DNA from: Mobula birostris
Lineage: Eukaryota
Assembly (NCBI RefSeq): GCF_030028105.1
Contig: NC_092370.1
Coordinates: forward strand, 220,702,005 to 220,766,004
Length of the DNA stretch: 64,000 nt
Direction: 5' to 3'
In this document: positions 35,174-48,733 of the stretch, piece by piece
Layout of the letters: the number at the start of each line of letters is the position of its first letter
Numbering within the stretch: position 1 is the stretch's first letter
The notes under the pieces: model-generated
What the model was told of the DNA's origin: nothing
Database searches by the model: none
Seen by the model: the letters and a program-made list of their open reading frames with translations, nothing else
Made by a program: the position numbers and the translations under genes

Positions 35174-38100
35174 GGATGGTTTGTTGCCTCCCGGGTGCTA
35201 GGGTCAAGGATGTCTCTGATCGATTGCATGACATTCTGAAGTGGGAGGGTGATCAGCCAGATGTCGCGGTGCACATCGGTACCAATGACATAGCAAGGAA
35301 GAGTGAGGAGGTCCTGGAGAGTGAGTATAGGGAGCTTAGTAGAAAGTTGAAAAGCAGGACCTCGAAGGTGGTAATCTCAGGATTGCTACCTGTGCTACGT
35401 GCCAGTGACGGTAGGAATAGGATGCTCTGGAGGATGAACAAGTGGCTGAGGAACTGGTGCAGGGGGCAGGGTTTCAGATTTCAGGATAATTGGGACCTCT
35501 TCTGGGGCAGGTGGGTCCTGTACAAGAGAGACGGGTTACACTTGAACTACAGGGGGGCCAATATCCTTTCAGGGAGGTTTGTTAGTGCTATTGGGGAGGC
35601 TTTAAACTAGATTTGCAGGGGGATGGGAACTAGAGTGCCAGAGCTGACAGTGTGGCTGGGGTGAAAATAAATGATGTTAAAAGTTCAAGCAAACCCGCTA
35701 ATAGAAAGGTTGTGAGTGGTGGTAAAAATCTTCTGAGGTGTATATATTTCAATGCTAGGAGTATTGTGGGGAAAGCGGGTGAGTTGAGGGCGTGGATTGA
35801 CACTAGAATTATGACGTTATAGCAATTAGTGAAACTTGGCTACAGGAGGGACAGGACTGGCAGCTTAATATTCCAGGGTTCCAATGTTTCAGCTGTGATC
35901 AAGGCAGAGGAATGAAAGGTGGGGGAGTAGTATTGCTTGTTAGGGAAAATATTACAGCAGTGCTCAGGCAGGACAGATTAGAGGGCTTGTCTACTGAGGC
36001 CTTATGGGTGGAGCTGAGAAACAGGAAAGGTATGGCCACATTAGTGGGATTGTATTACAGACCACCCAATAGTCAACGAGAATTGGAAGAGCAAATCTGT
36101 GAGAGATAGCAGGCAACTGCAGGAAACATAAAGTTGTGGTGGTAGGGGATTTTAATTTTCCATATATTGATTGGGACTCCCATACTGTTAGGGGTCTAGA
36201 TGGTTTAGAGTTTGTAAAATGTGTTCAGGAAAGTTTTCTAAATCAATATATAGAGGGACCAACTAGAGGGGATGCAATATTGGATCTCCTGTTAGGAAAC
36301 AAGTTAGGACAAGTGACGAAAGTCTGTGTCGGGGAGCACTTTGGTTCCAGTGATCATAACACCATTAGTTTTAACTTGATCATGGACAAGGATAGATCTG
36401 GTCCTAGGGTTGAGGTTCTTAACTGGAAGAAGGCCAAATCTGAAGAAATGAGAAAGGATCTAAAAAGCGTGGATTGGGACAGGTTGTTCTCTGGCAAGGA
36501 TGTGATCGGTAGGTGGGAAGCCTTCAAAGGAGAAATTTTGAGAGTGCAGAATTTGTATGTTCCTGTCAGGATTAAAGGCAAAGTGAATAGGAATAAGGAA
36601 CCTTGGTTCTCAAGGGATATTGCAACTCTGATAAAGAAGAAGAGGGAGTCATATGACATGTATAGGAAGCAGGGAGTAAATAAGGTGCTTGAGGAGTATA
36701 AGAAGTGCAAGAAAATACTTAAGAAAGAAATCAGGAGGGCTAAAAGAGGACATGAGGTTGCCTTGGCAGTCAAAGTGAAGGATAATCCAAAGAGCTTTTA
36801 CAGGTATATTAAGAGCAAAAGGATTGTAAAGGATAAAATTGGTCCTCTTGAAGATCAGAGTGGTTGGCTATGTGCGGAATCAAAGGAAATGGGGGGTATC
36901 TTAAATAGGTTTTTTGCGTCTGTGTTTACTAAGGAAACTGGCATGAAGTCTATGGAATTAAGGGAAACAGGTAGGGAGATCATGGAAACTGTACAGATCG
37001 AAAAGGAGGAGGTCCTTGCTGTCTTGAGGAAAATTAAAGTGGATAAATCCCCGGGACCTGACAGGGTGTTCCCTCAGACCTTGAAGGAGACTAGTGTTGA
37101 AATTGCAGGGGACCTGGCAGAAATATTTAAAATGTCGCTGTCTACAGGTGAGGTGCCGGAGGATTGGAGAGTGGTTCATGTTGTTCCGTCGTTTAAAAAA
37201 GGATCGAAAAGTAATCCGGGCAATTATAGGCCAGTAAGTTTAACGTCGGTAGTAGGTAAGTTATTGGAGGGAGTACTAAGAGACAGAATCTACAAGCATT
37301 TGGATAGACAGGGACTTATTAGGGAGAGTCAACATGGCTTTGTGTGTGGTAGGTCATGTTTGACCAATCTATTGGAGTTTTTCGAGGAGGATACCAAGAA
37401 AGTGGATGAAGGGAAGGCAGTGGATATTGTCTACATGTACTTCAGTAAGGCCTTTGACAAGGTCCCGCATGGGAGGTTAGTTAGGAAAATTCAGTCGCTA
37501 GGTATACATGGAGAGGTGGTAAATTGGATTAGACATTGGCTCAATGGAAGAAGCCAAAAAGTGGTAGTAGAGAATTGTTTCTCCAAGTGGAGGCCTGTGA
37601 CTAGTGGTGTGCCACAGGGATCAGTGCTGGGTCCATAGTTATTTGTCATCTATATCAATGATCTGGATGATAATGTGGTAAATTGGATCAGCAAATTTGC
37701 TGATGATACAAAGATTGGAGGTGTGGTAGACAGTGAGGAAGGTTTTCAGAGCCTGCAGAGGGACTTGGACCAGCTGGAAAAATGGGCTGAAAAATGGCAG
37801 ATGGAGTTTAATACAGACAAGTGTGAGGTATTGCACATTGGAAGGACAAACCAAGGTAGAACATACAGGGTTAATGGTAAGGCACTGAGGAGTACAGTGG
37901 AACAGAGGGATCTGGGAATACAGATACAAAATTCCCTAAAAGTAGCATTACAGGTAGATAGGGTGGTAAAGAGAGCTTTTGGTACATTGGCCTTTATTAA
38001 TCAAAGTATTGAGTATAAGAGCTGGAATGTTATGATGAGGTTGTATAAGGCATTGGTGAGGCCGAACCTGGAGTATTGTGTTCAGTTTTGGTCACCAAAT

Positions 38101-38612
38101 TACAGGAAGGATATTAATAAGGTTGAAAGAGTGCAGAGAAGGTTTACAAGGATGTTGCTGGGACTTGAGAAACTGAGTTACAGAGAAAGGTTGAATAGGT
38201 TAGGACTTTATTCCCTGGAGCGTAGAAGAATGAGGGGAGATTTGATAGAGGTATATAAAATTATGATGGGTATAGATAGAGTGAATGCAAGCAGGCTTTT
38301 TCCACTGAGGCAAGGGGAGAAAAAAACCAGAGGACATGGGTTAAGGGTGAGGGGGGAAAGTTTAAAGGGAACATTAGGGGGGGCTTCTTCACACAGAGAG
38401 TGGTGGGAGTATGGAATGAGCTGCCAGATGAGGTGGTAAATGCCGGTTCTTTTTTAACATTTAAGAATAAATTGGACAGATACATGGATGGGAGGTGTAT
38501 GGAGGGATATGGTCCGTGTGCAGGTCAGTGGGACTAGGCAGAAAATGGTTCGACACAGCCAAGAAGGGCCAAAAGGCCTGTTTCTGTGCTGTAGTTTCTA
38601 TGGCGTCTATGG
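35174..38612 (+). mobile_element. Young 5'-truncated CR1 LINE: ORF1 SGNH/GDSL esterase C-terminal part plus near-complete ORF2 (APE + RT) with a few stops and frameshifts
   Basis: CLPGARV..VHIGTND..DGLHLN (35176-35610); VVGDFNFP, SDHN, NYRPVSLTS, SGVPQGSVLGP, KFADDTK; TTCTATGG-type tail. Confidence 0.95.
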
Positions 38613-39039
38613 AGAAGGCATAGAACAGAGCAAAAATTAGTGGGAAATTAGAGGACTGGGAAGTTTCTAAAAACCAGCAGGAGGCAACTGAAAAGACATA
38701 AAGAAGAAAAAGATGGAATTCAAGGGTAAATTAGCTAAAAATATTAAAGAGGATACCAAAAGTTTCTTGAGATATGTAAAGTGTAAGAGTGGAGAGTAGA
38801 TATTGGACCACTGGAAAATGGTGCTGGAGAGGTAGTAATGGGGAACAATGAAATGGCAGATGAAGTGAATCTGTATTTTGCACCAGCCTTTGCTGTGGAA
38901 GGCATTAGCAGTATGCCAGAAGTTTGAGAGTGGTGGGGGGCAGAAGTGGGTGAAGTTGTCATTACTAGGGAGAAGGTTCTTGGGAAACTGAAAACTGTGA
39001 AGGTAGACAAGTCACCTGGATAGATGGACTATACCACAG

Positions 39040-39789
39040 TGGTGACCATTCATCAACGAAACTCACTATACAATGTTTAATTAATCAAAGCTCGTACTTT
39101 ATTGTCTCTGCACAAACAACATAACTATGTTGTCCCCAGGTCAACAACTTAAAACCTTAATTCTTCTGATTCCTCTGTACCAATACTCACTCAGACCATT
39201 TTCCCAATTTATAACACCAAAGTGGGGGATCTCCGCAGGCCAGACGATTGACCCTTTCTTCTCCCAGTTCCTGGCGTGGGGATCTTTCCTTGCAATGGTG
39301 GGTCTCTTGAGAGTTACTGCTGATAGCACACTTAAAGCATCCGCTTTTATCAAGTATCACCTTTCAGTGTCATTGGCCACGTCACCTTAAACGTATTTTT
39401 ATTGGCTCTAATCCAAAAGTGACAACTGGTAATTTATGGCACCTTGTTCTCTTTAGTAACCAGCTCCAATCACTCCAGTCAGGCACAATCCCCAATATTC
39501 TGAAGCTTGCATGTTATATTATATCAAAGAACACCTCACAGATAGCTTATTTGGAATTTTTCTTTAGTCCAACAGATAACCTGAAGCATCATTGTGTCTA
39601 CTTTAAAACACAGATAACCAAGCAACTTCACCTCACAAAATGGCAGACGTAAAACAGTTTCACTGAATGGCAGCCTCCATCTCCAAACACATGGCAGGAA
39701 CAAAGACAATTGATCTGTCTGCTTCCACTGTCCTTGACCCATTTGAGTTTCACGTTATCTTCCATATTTTAAATACATCATGGCCAACA
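39040..39789 (-). mobile_element. Solo LTR (750 bp) inserted in the older CR1
   Basis: TG...CA ends with imperfect inverted termini (TGGTGACCAT / ATGGCCAACA), ACAG/GCAG 4-bp TSD-like flanks, host CR1 rejoins across it. On -: CCAAT at 39405 and 39376, GATAAAAG near 39350, AATAAA at 39103. Confidence 0.75.
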
Positions 39790-41302
39790 GCAGGGCACTG
39801 AAAGAAGTGGTTGAAGAGATTATGGAGGTATTAGTAATGATCTTTTATTATTCCGATTCAATTCAGAATCAATCGTTCTGAAGTAGTGGAAAATTGCAAA
39901 TGTCACTCCACTCTTCAAAAAAGGAGAGGCAGAAGAAAAGTAATTATAAGCCAGTTCGTCTGACCTCAGTGGTTGGGAAAATGCCGGAGTTAATTGTTAA
40001 AATGTGGTTTCAGGGTACTTGGAGGCACATAATAAAACAGGTCATAGTCAGCATGGTTATCTTAAAGGAAAATCTTGCCCGACAAATCTGTTGGAATTCT
40101 TTGAAGAAATAACAAGCAGGATAGACAAAAGAGAAATGGGTGGATATTGTGTACTTGGATTTTCAGAAGGTCTTTGACAAGGTGCCACCCAAGGCTGCTT
40201 AACAAGTTAAGAGCCCATGGTGTGACAGGAAAGATACTAGCATGGATAGGTCATTGGTTGATTGGCAGGAGGCAAAGAGTGGGAATAAAGGGAGGTTTTT
40301 CTAATTGGCAGCCAGTGACTAGTGATGTTCCACAGGGGTCTGTGATGGAACCACTTTTTAAAAAAAAAATTATATCCCAATGATTTGAATGACAGAATTG
40401 ATTGTTTTGTGGTCAAGTTTGCAGACAATACGAAGACAGGTTGAGGGACAGGTAGTTTTGAGGAAGTAGTTGCTAAATAAGGACTTAGATTAGGAGAATG
40501 GGCAAAGAAGTAGCAGATAGAATACAGTGTCAGGAAGTGTATGGTCATGCACTTCGGTAGAAGAAATAAAAGGGTAGACTATTTTCTAAATGGAGAGAAA
40601 ATTCACAAATCTGAGGTGCAAAGAGACTTGGGAGTCCTCATGCAGGATTCCCTAAAGGTTCATTTGCAGGTTGAGTCGATGGTGCGGAAAGGCAAATGTG
40701 GTGTTAGTGTTCATTTTAGGGGACTAGAATATAAAAGCAAACATGTAATGTTGAGACTTTATAAGGCACTGGAGAGGTCTCACATGGAGTATTGTGAGCA
40801 GTTTTGGGATGTGCTGACATTGGAAAGAGTTCAAAGGAGGTTCACAAAAATGTTTCTGAGATTAAAAGGCTTGTCACATGAGGAGCATCTGATGGCTCTG
40901 GGCCTGTACTAACTGGAATGAGGGGTGACTTCACTGAAACCTATTGAATGTTGAAAGGCCTGGATAGAATGGATGTGGGGAGGATGTTTCCTATGATGGG
41001 GGAGTCCAAGACCAGAGGACACAGCCTCAGAATAAAGGGGTGCCCTTTTGGAACAGAGATGAGGAGGTGTTTCTTTAGACTGAGAGTAGTGAATCTGTGG
41101 AATTCATTGCCAAAGGTGGCTGTGGAGGCCAAGTCATTGGGTATATTTAAGGGAGAGGTAGATAGGTTCTTGGTTAGTCAGGGCATGAAGGGATATGGAA
41201 AGAAGGCAGGAGATTGGGGCTGAGAGGAAAAATGGATCAGCCATGATGAAATGGAGTAGACTCGATGGGCTAAATGGCCCACTTCTGCTCCTATACCTTA
41301 TG

Positions 41303-42176
41303 CGCAGAGTCTTGTCATCTTCAGAAGTTTTCGGATGACTCTGCCATAGTTGGATGTATCAGCAAGGGAGATGAGGTTGAGTACAGGGCTACGGTAGGAA
41401 ACTTTGTCACATGGTGTGAGCAGAATTATCTGCAGCTTAATGTGAAAAAGGCTAAGGAGCTGGTGGTAGACCTGAGGAGAGCTAAGGTACCGGTGACCCC
41501 TGTTTCCATCCAGGAGGTCAGTGTGGACATGGTGGAGGATTACAAATACCTGGGGATACGAATTGACAATAAACTGGACTGGTCAAAGAACACTGAGGCT
41601 GTCTACAAGAAGGGTCAGAGACGTCTCTACTTCCTGAGGAGACTGTGGTCCTTTAACATCTGCCGGACAATGCTGAGGATGTTCTACAAGTCTGTGGTGG
41701 CCAGTGCTTTCATGTTTGCTGTTGTGTGCTGGGGTAGCAGACACCAACAGAATCAACAAACTCATTTGTAAGGCCAGTGATGTTGTGAAGATGGAACTGG
41801 ACTCTCTCACGGTGGTGTCTGAAAAGAGGATGCTGTCTAAGTTGCATGCCATCTTGGTCAATGTCTCCCATCCACTACGTAATGTACTGAGTGGGCACAG
41901 GAGTACATTCAGCCAGAGACTCATCCCACCGAGATGCAGCACTGAGCGTCATAGGAAGTCATTCCTGCCTGTGGCCATCAAACTTTACAACTCCTCCTTT
42001 GGAGGGTCAGACACCCTGAGCCAATAGGCTGGTCCTGGACTTATTTCATAATTTATTGGCATAATTTACATATTACTATTTAACTATTTATGGTTCTATT
42101 ACTATTTATTATTTATGGAGCAACTGTAATGAAAACCAATTTCCCCCAGGATTAATAAAGTATGACTATGACTATG
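41303..42176 (+). mobile_element. Rex1/Babar-type LINE 3' fragment
   Basis: HLQKFSDDSAIVGCI, LQLNVKK.KELVVD, YKYLG.., RLYFLRRL.SF; ends AATAAAG + (TATGAC)n. Confidence 0.85.
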
Positions 42177-43973
42177 GTCTTACGGAGCTGTAGCCAAGCC
42201 TGAGTTTACGAGGACTTAGAATGTGGTCAAAGTATGAAGGGCTGTCATAGATGGTGCAACTGTCCGAGGGAGTGCAGGACCACCAGTTCGAGGAAATGTC
42301 ACACTGTGCAAGGCACTAGCCTTCAGTGAGAGCCCAGCTCTTGTCACTGGGTGAAGAGATCCCACAGGCACTACAACCGGATACACTCACAGCTACAGGG
42401 ATGTGTGAGGGGGGGGAGCACCAGGAAGGTGAGAGTGGGGGGGGGGGGGACTCATTGAGCAGCAGAAATGTGCGAAGGAGGGAGCAGTAGGGGTGGGTGC
42501 TGATGGCGGAGCAGCCACCAGTTTATGGAACGATTGCTATCTGCCAAGAGGATGTTTTAATCCTATGAAGGGCAGGTATGGTGACCCAGTTGGACAGCAT
42601 AGATCCAGGCCTTTTGGCTCACCCTGTCCATTCATAGAAACATAGAAAATAGGTGCACGAGTAGGCCATTCGGCCCTTCCAGCCTGCACCGCCATTCATT
42701 ATGATCATGGCTGATCATCCAACTCAGAACACCGCCCCAGCCTTCCCTCCATACCCCCTGACCCCCGTAGCCACAAGGGCCAGCAACCATCTATACTAAT
42801 CCCATCGACCAGCACTTTCTTGCAGCCCTCCAAGCTTGGTCCAGATACTTCAATGTGACACACTCTGCTTGCAATACCCCCTCAGGGAGCAGGTCCCCCA
42901 TGTCCAATGAAAACCCAACAACCCCTTGTAACTGGAGTTCAGCACCCAGTGACCCCCAAACTTCCCCACCCTCGCCAGCACATTCGCATGCTCCCCATTG
43001 TATGAAGACCACAACTGTGCACACTGCTCCAGCCAACATTGTACTACCTGCGCCCTGCTCTGATTTTCTGTATTCTGCCCAGTGAAGGGCACTTCACCAC
43101 CTCACTAACACGTCTGCCCCCTCCAGGCAGCATGGTAGTGTCGCGGTTAGCGTTAGCATGACACTGCTACAGCACCAGCAACTCAGGCTCAATTCCACTG
43201 CTGTCCCCGTGACTGTGTGGGTTCATTCCGGTGCTCTGGTCTCCTCTGACATTGCAAGGACATACAGGCTAGGGTCAGTAAGTTGTGGGCATGCTATGTT
43301 GGCATCAAGAGGATGGCGACACTTGAGGGCTGCCTCCCCCACTAGCCCATCCACAGACGCAAATGATGTATTTCACTGTATTTCAATGTACCTGAGACAA
43401 ATTAGGCTGATCTTTCTTTGGATGTGTCCACTAAGGTTCCTCTGTTCAATGCCCCCTGCAGACCGCTACTCATTGTGTGTCACACCTCAGTTAAACCCCC
43501 CAAAGGGCATCACCTCAGACTGATGAGCTAAATTCTACTATTCTGCCTAACTTACATTTCTATTGCTGACCGTACCCTCGTCACCTTTCTCAGTCACATC
43601 TACCTGGTCTGCAAAACATTCAGTCAACGCCAGCTCCCAGCGTGCTAGCACTCCATAGGGATCTTCAGGGACAAAATGACCCCATGAGATGTGTCCTGGG
43701 ATCAAAGGGTATGTTCATACTCCCATTACAGCCAGCATTTGGGTGACACATCACACCATATCCACTTCCTTCCCAGTCCTGATGAATGGTCTCTGGCTGA
43801 AACATTGATTGTTTATTCCCCTCCACAGATGCTGCCTGGCTTGCTGAGTGTCTTCAGCGTTTTGTGAGAGTTGCTCAGGATTTCCAGTCTCTGCTCAATG
43901 AGACACACCAGGAGAAACACTTTGGAAACTACTCAAAGACACATTCCAAAGGAGTTGGGAAATATCAAAATAT

Positions 43974-43979
43974 TTTAAT
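43974..43979 (-). terminator. Candidate GPATCH2L poly(A) signal (ATTAAA on -)
   Basis: About 720 nt after the stop, at the end of non-repetitive AT-rich 3'UTR-like sequence. Confidence 0.4.
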
Positions 43980-44696
43980 TTAAAATTTTCTTTCTAAAAC
44001 GTTACTCGGGACATTAGAAATTCCAGAGACTGTGGAACAAATGGCATCTCGACTGCCTTCCTGAAAGCACCAAGAAATTTTGGAGGGGCAGGTAATATTG
44101 CAAATCAGAGGAATAGACCAAACAATAAAACACAGTACAAATAGCGTACAGATTTCACACTGAAACAGTGGGACGTAGAACATCTGAATTGAGATATTCA
44201 CCACACACTTGCAACAGATTGAGTTGAGAACATCAGTACATTTATATTAATAATGGGTCTAACACCCTTGTGATGTATGAAACAATCATATGAGTGGGTG
44301 TAACTTCCTGTATGCACTGCAACACCCTCTGTGTATTGTATTTTATAATACAACCTAGGTTGCTGGTAGAACCCTCCAGTATGTTATGTCACCAGTGCAG
44401 GGCTGGGTATAACGTGTGCTGTTTGTAGCACAACGTGTTATTAGGTATGATGGTCAGTGTCTCGCCGGAGTACACGATGTAACACTGAGGTAACCGAGCC
44501 TTCAAATGGGATCCTGACTGGGCCAGGGCGCCCACAGCTCAGCAAGATCCCACAGGATGGAGCAGGCATGTCTCTGTCCTTACGGAGTCTGAGTGTCTGA
44601 CAGCCAGGCAGCAGTCGGTACGTGGGGACCAGACAGGGCAATGCACGTCCTCACTGACGCTGCCAGAGGTCGCTCTGCTGGGGTCCAGCCGTCTCG

Positions 44697-44881
44697 TCAC
44701 AGCTGGGCAGACACTACGGGGGGCAGAGACACCAGGGAATTCACACACTTGCCAGTGCCTGGGCTCTCTGCTCCCGGTCCAGCTCTGGTCTCGCCCTCAG
44801 CCCACTCCATGCAGGCAGACGCCTTGTTCCCAGCCCCCTCTGGGCTGCCCCCTTCACCCTCACCGTGGGGACACGAGGTGG
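44697..44881 (-). CDS. GPATCH2L: GPATCH2L last coding exon
   Basis: (TC)n tract + cacag|CC, phase 1, open to TGA at 44697. Poorly conserved tail, but completes a 1437-nt CDS. Confidence 0.7.
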
Positions 44882-44882
44882 C

Positions 44883-44918
<36 letters not shown>

Positions 44919-45619
44919 GAACTGAATAGAGCCATACTGCGCCCACAACAGTCTGGTATTCAATACACTGTACACCCACAGAGTGCAGTTCACCACCCAC
45001 CCACGCAACACTATTCTCCATGCTCTATACACCCACGGAACACCATTCATTGTACAACCACAGTACACCACTCACCATACACTGTACAACCACAATACAC
45101 TACTCACCAGAGTAGACACACCTTACACCATTCAATGTAAAAAGTACATCAACACATCATAAACTGTAAACAATACACTAAACTATTCATCTACAGTATA
45201 CCTACTGTACTGTGTACAGTACACCCAAACACCATTTAATATACACTATTCACTGCATGCTGCACATCCACTCTACACCTTAACTCACTCCGCCCTGCCA
45301 GGCACCAGGACTAGCTGCCATGCATCACAAGATCCCACCTACAGGCTGCTAGTCCCTCCCACAGCCATTTTTCAATCCCAAACTAATTCCACTGCTCCGC
45401 TCTCTCCCCATAGCCCTGCATCAATCCCCAAAATGATCCCACAGACCCACTCTCCCCATAGCCCAGTGTCAGTCCCCAAACTGATCCCACAGACCCACTC
45501 TCCCCCACAGCCCTGCGTCAGTCCCACACTAATCCCACTGACCCTGTCTCTCCCTACAGCATTTTGTTAGTCCTCAAACTAATCCCATTAACCCTCTCTC
45601 TCCCCCCACCGTCCAGTCA

Positions 45620-45871
<252 letters not shown>

Positions 45872-46210
45872 TCAGTGGCCACAGGAACACAGCAGCACGC
45901 TGGGCAACGTCCACAGGGCAAAACGCAGCAGGACTTCACGGCAAAGGGAGCCTGACCGGACACACTGCTCAGGTCAGGGTTCGGGAGCAGAGCCCCAAGC
46001 TGACCTCACTCTGACCCAGGGGTCAGGAGCTGACCCTGATTTGGGGTAGGGAAGTGCAGGTGAGGGGAGAGTCTCAGGAAATGGTATAGATACTATCCGG
46101 TGCCAGGCAGTGGGGAGGGGGGGAGGGGAGAAGGGAGACCCAGGGCAGATCATGGTTTGGAGGGAAAGGTGAGAGGAGATCCTGTGCCAGTAGAGGGGTG
46201 GGGAACTCAC

Positions 46211-46296
46211 CGTGCCTTGGTCTGCAGGTTGGAGCACTTCCTGTGGGAGCCATCAGTCAGCACTGCCAGTGGGCACAGGGGCATCAAAGGGTTAAA
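46211..46296 (-). CDS. GPATCH2L: GPATCH2L coding exon 7
   Basis: ttgcag|TTT ... CG|gtgagt. FNPLMPLCPLAVLTDGSHRKCS resembles human [22 protein letters not shown]. Confidence 0.9.
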
Positions 46297-46630
46297 CTGC
46301 AAATGCAGGAGTAGGAGTCAGTGAAGGAAGCGAGAAGGACAGGGGCGATCTCTGACCTAACCACAGCCCAACCTGTAACCACCCCCCCACCCCTTAGCGC
46401 TGCCTTCACTGCGCCACTCCACACCCCCTCCCCAGCCCAGCAGTGGCCATTGAAGATCAGTGGGCGTTCGAACCACTGACCACCTTCCTCCCCGTCACTT
46501 CAAAACACGTCTCTGACTGTAGTGTCCCAACATGCAACGCAGATCCTTCCCCCCTCCCCACAGAGAGACACACACACCCCCCACTCCACACGCACAACCC
46601 CCAGCCACGTATCAGCGGGAGTTTACTTAC

Positions 46631-46700
46631 CCCGAGGCGCAGGGGCTGTAGCATGCTCCACTCGCGGTACTGACCCCTCACACACACGTCCCGACGTAGC
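46631..46700 (-). CDS. GPATCH2L: GPATCH2L coding exon 6
   Basis: ctgcag|G ... GGG|gtaagt, 70 nt; phase 2-0 is what its neighbours require. LRRDVCVRGQYREWSMLQPLRLG. Confidence 0.75.
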
Positions 46701-47176
46701 CTGCAGTAAGAGCAGGTCACACACTGACCAGTAACCCCACCATCCTCGTCCCCCCCTCCCCCCAGCCCAGTGTGACCGACCCTCCCTTCCCACTCCTGAC
46801 ACCCTCCACCCTCACGCGACGTAACCTGCCGTAAGAGAGGGTCACACACCGACTGTACTCTCACCGTCCAACCACCCCCAACAATCCTCTCCCGCCCCGT
46901 CACCCCCTAATCCCAATGAGGGGCCACTGTTACCCTTCCCCAACATCATGCTCCTCACAGCCCACCCCCACTGCTCGGGGTCACCTGCCCCCCCTCCCCA
47001 CCCCTGGGTCACCCAGTGAAGAGGATCCCACTGACTCCCATATTCCACACGCCTTACCTTCCCTGACCCGAGGTCTCCAATCCCCATGTCACTACCAAAT
47101 GCAACCCCCCCACCCCCCGGGGTTTATCCAGTGTTGTGTGTGAGTAGGGGAAGATTTCGCTGTTATCAGTACTTAC

Positions 47177-47244
47177 TCCCTGCGGTAAGGGTCCTGCCCA
47201 AAGTGATTCACCCTCTCGCTGGGGACGACTCCCACCGGCCCCTC
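47177..47244 (-). CDS. GPATCH2L: GPATCH2L coding exon 5
   Basis: caacag|GAG ... GA|gtaagt. EGPVGVVPSERVNHFGQDPYRR. Confidence 0.82.
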
Positions 47245-48286
47245 CTGTTGGCACACACAGACATGTTGGGGGGCGGGGGGGGTGCCAGAGAGAAGAGGGG
47301 GTTACTACAGTATCATGGTGCCAAAGGCCACTCAGCCCATTGTCACATGCTGGTTCGGTGCCACAGCACTCAGTCAGCCAGCTGCTCACCCAGTAAAATC
47401 TCCCCTACCACAGGCCGTCCCAACCAGGGACGCCTCCTGAGTTGGAGACCTCAGGGGCTACCCCGGACAGTGACTCTCGCATTCCGTCCCTTCCCTCCCC
47501 CCACTGACCCATCCCTCCATCAAACCTCCCCTCCCCCTCCAACAACCCTCCCACCCCTCATCCACTGCTCTATCCACCCCCCACCCCAGCCAGATGTGTC
47601 ACCCTGGGACAGCAGCTGTAGGCCTCAGATCAATGACCAGATTTGGGGGGGGGGGGGGGGAGGGGGGAGGGGCGATAACAAAGGGTGATGGGTCTGGAGC
47701 ATGCGGCCACACAGGGTAGGGGACAGAAACCCCCACACTCAAACCTGACAGGGTGTGAATGTGGAACGGTGATCCTGTGACGTGGTGTGGGTAAGGATTC
47801 AGCTGGGGGGAGGGGGGTCACACAAACTGGTAGGGCTAAATGGCCTTTGATGTGGTGAATTTCTTCACTGAGGACTATCCTGGGCCAGGGAGGGTTAAAC
47901 TGGGGTGGGTGGGACAGCAGTTACCGATCCCACTGCACTGCCAGGGTGGATGTGATTGCACACCAAGCTGCTGACCCCTGGGACTGCACCCCGTCACCGG
48001 CAGCACAACCGGGGCAACCGTCATCACTGCGGATGTGCAGGGAGGGTCTCACCACAGGGTCAGGGCAGAGGGAATGGCGTTGAGCCCAGAGGGAAGAGGG
48101 AGGGTCAGGTGCAGAGAGGGAGGGCTGAGGATGGGAGGGGGGAGGGAAGAGGAGGGGTGGGCATAAGGCTAGGCGTGGGACATTGATCAGAGGAGTGGTG
48201 GGTACGGATCCCACAGTCCAGCACAGCCCCTGACCCAGTCCTGGGACCTGTGTAAACCCACTGCCCTCCCTATACTGGACCATTTA

Positions 48287-48457
<171 letters not shown>

Positions 48458-48733
48458 TCAGGGGCAGCGCGATGACGTGTGGAGAACTCGGGGAAACGCA
48501 CTGACAGCGCAGGACGTGCACACGGAGGGCATTGCATACACGCCGGACGGCACGGTGGCATAGCGGTCAGTGCAATGCCAGAGACCTGGGTTCAATCCCT
48601 GGCACTGTCTGTACGCTCTCCCCACGACCACGAGGGTTTCCTCCAGGTGCTCGGGTTCCACAGGGATGCACGGGTTACCAGGTTAATCGGTGATACAGAC
48701 AGTGTGGTGTACACAGACCAGCCCCACTCTCAC

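Larger units (their letters stand above)
34300..41295 (+). mobile_element. Older CR1 LINE (ORF2), host of two nested insertions
   Basis: Degenerate APE-RT sequence runs 34300-35173, resumes 38613-39039 and 39790-41295, ending in the CR1 3' end. Confidence 0.85.

Noticed and set aside
36136-38439. Possible active retrotransposon ORF2
   Set aside because: In-frame stop at 37636-37638, other stops and frameshifts, and 5' truncation.
42635-42782. Near-identical match to 27310-27462 suggesting segmental duplication
   Set aside because: Both are 3' ends of the same young CR1 subfamily.
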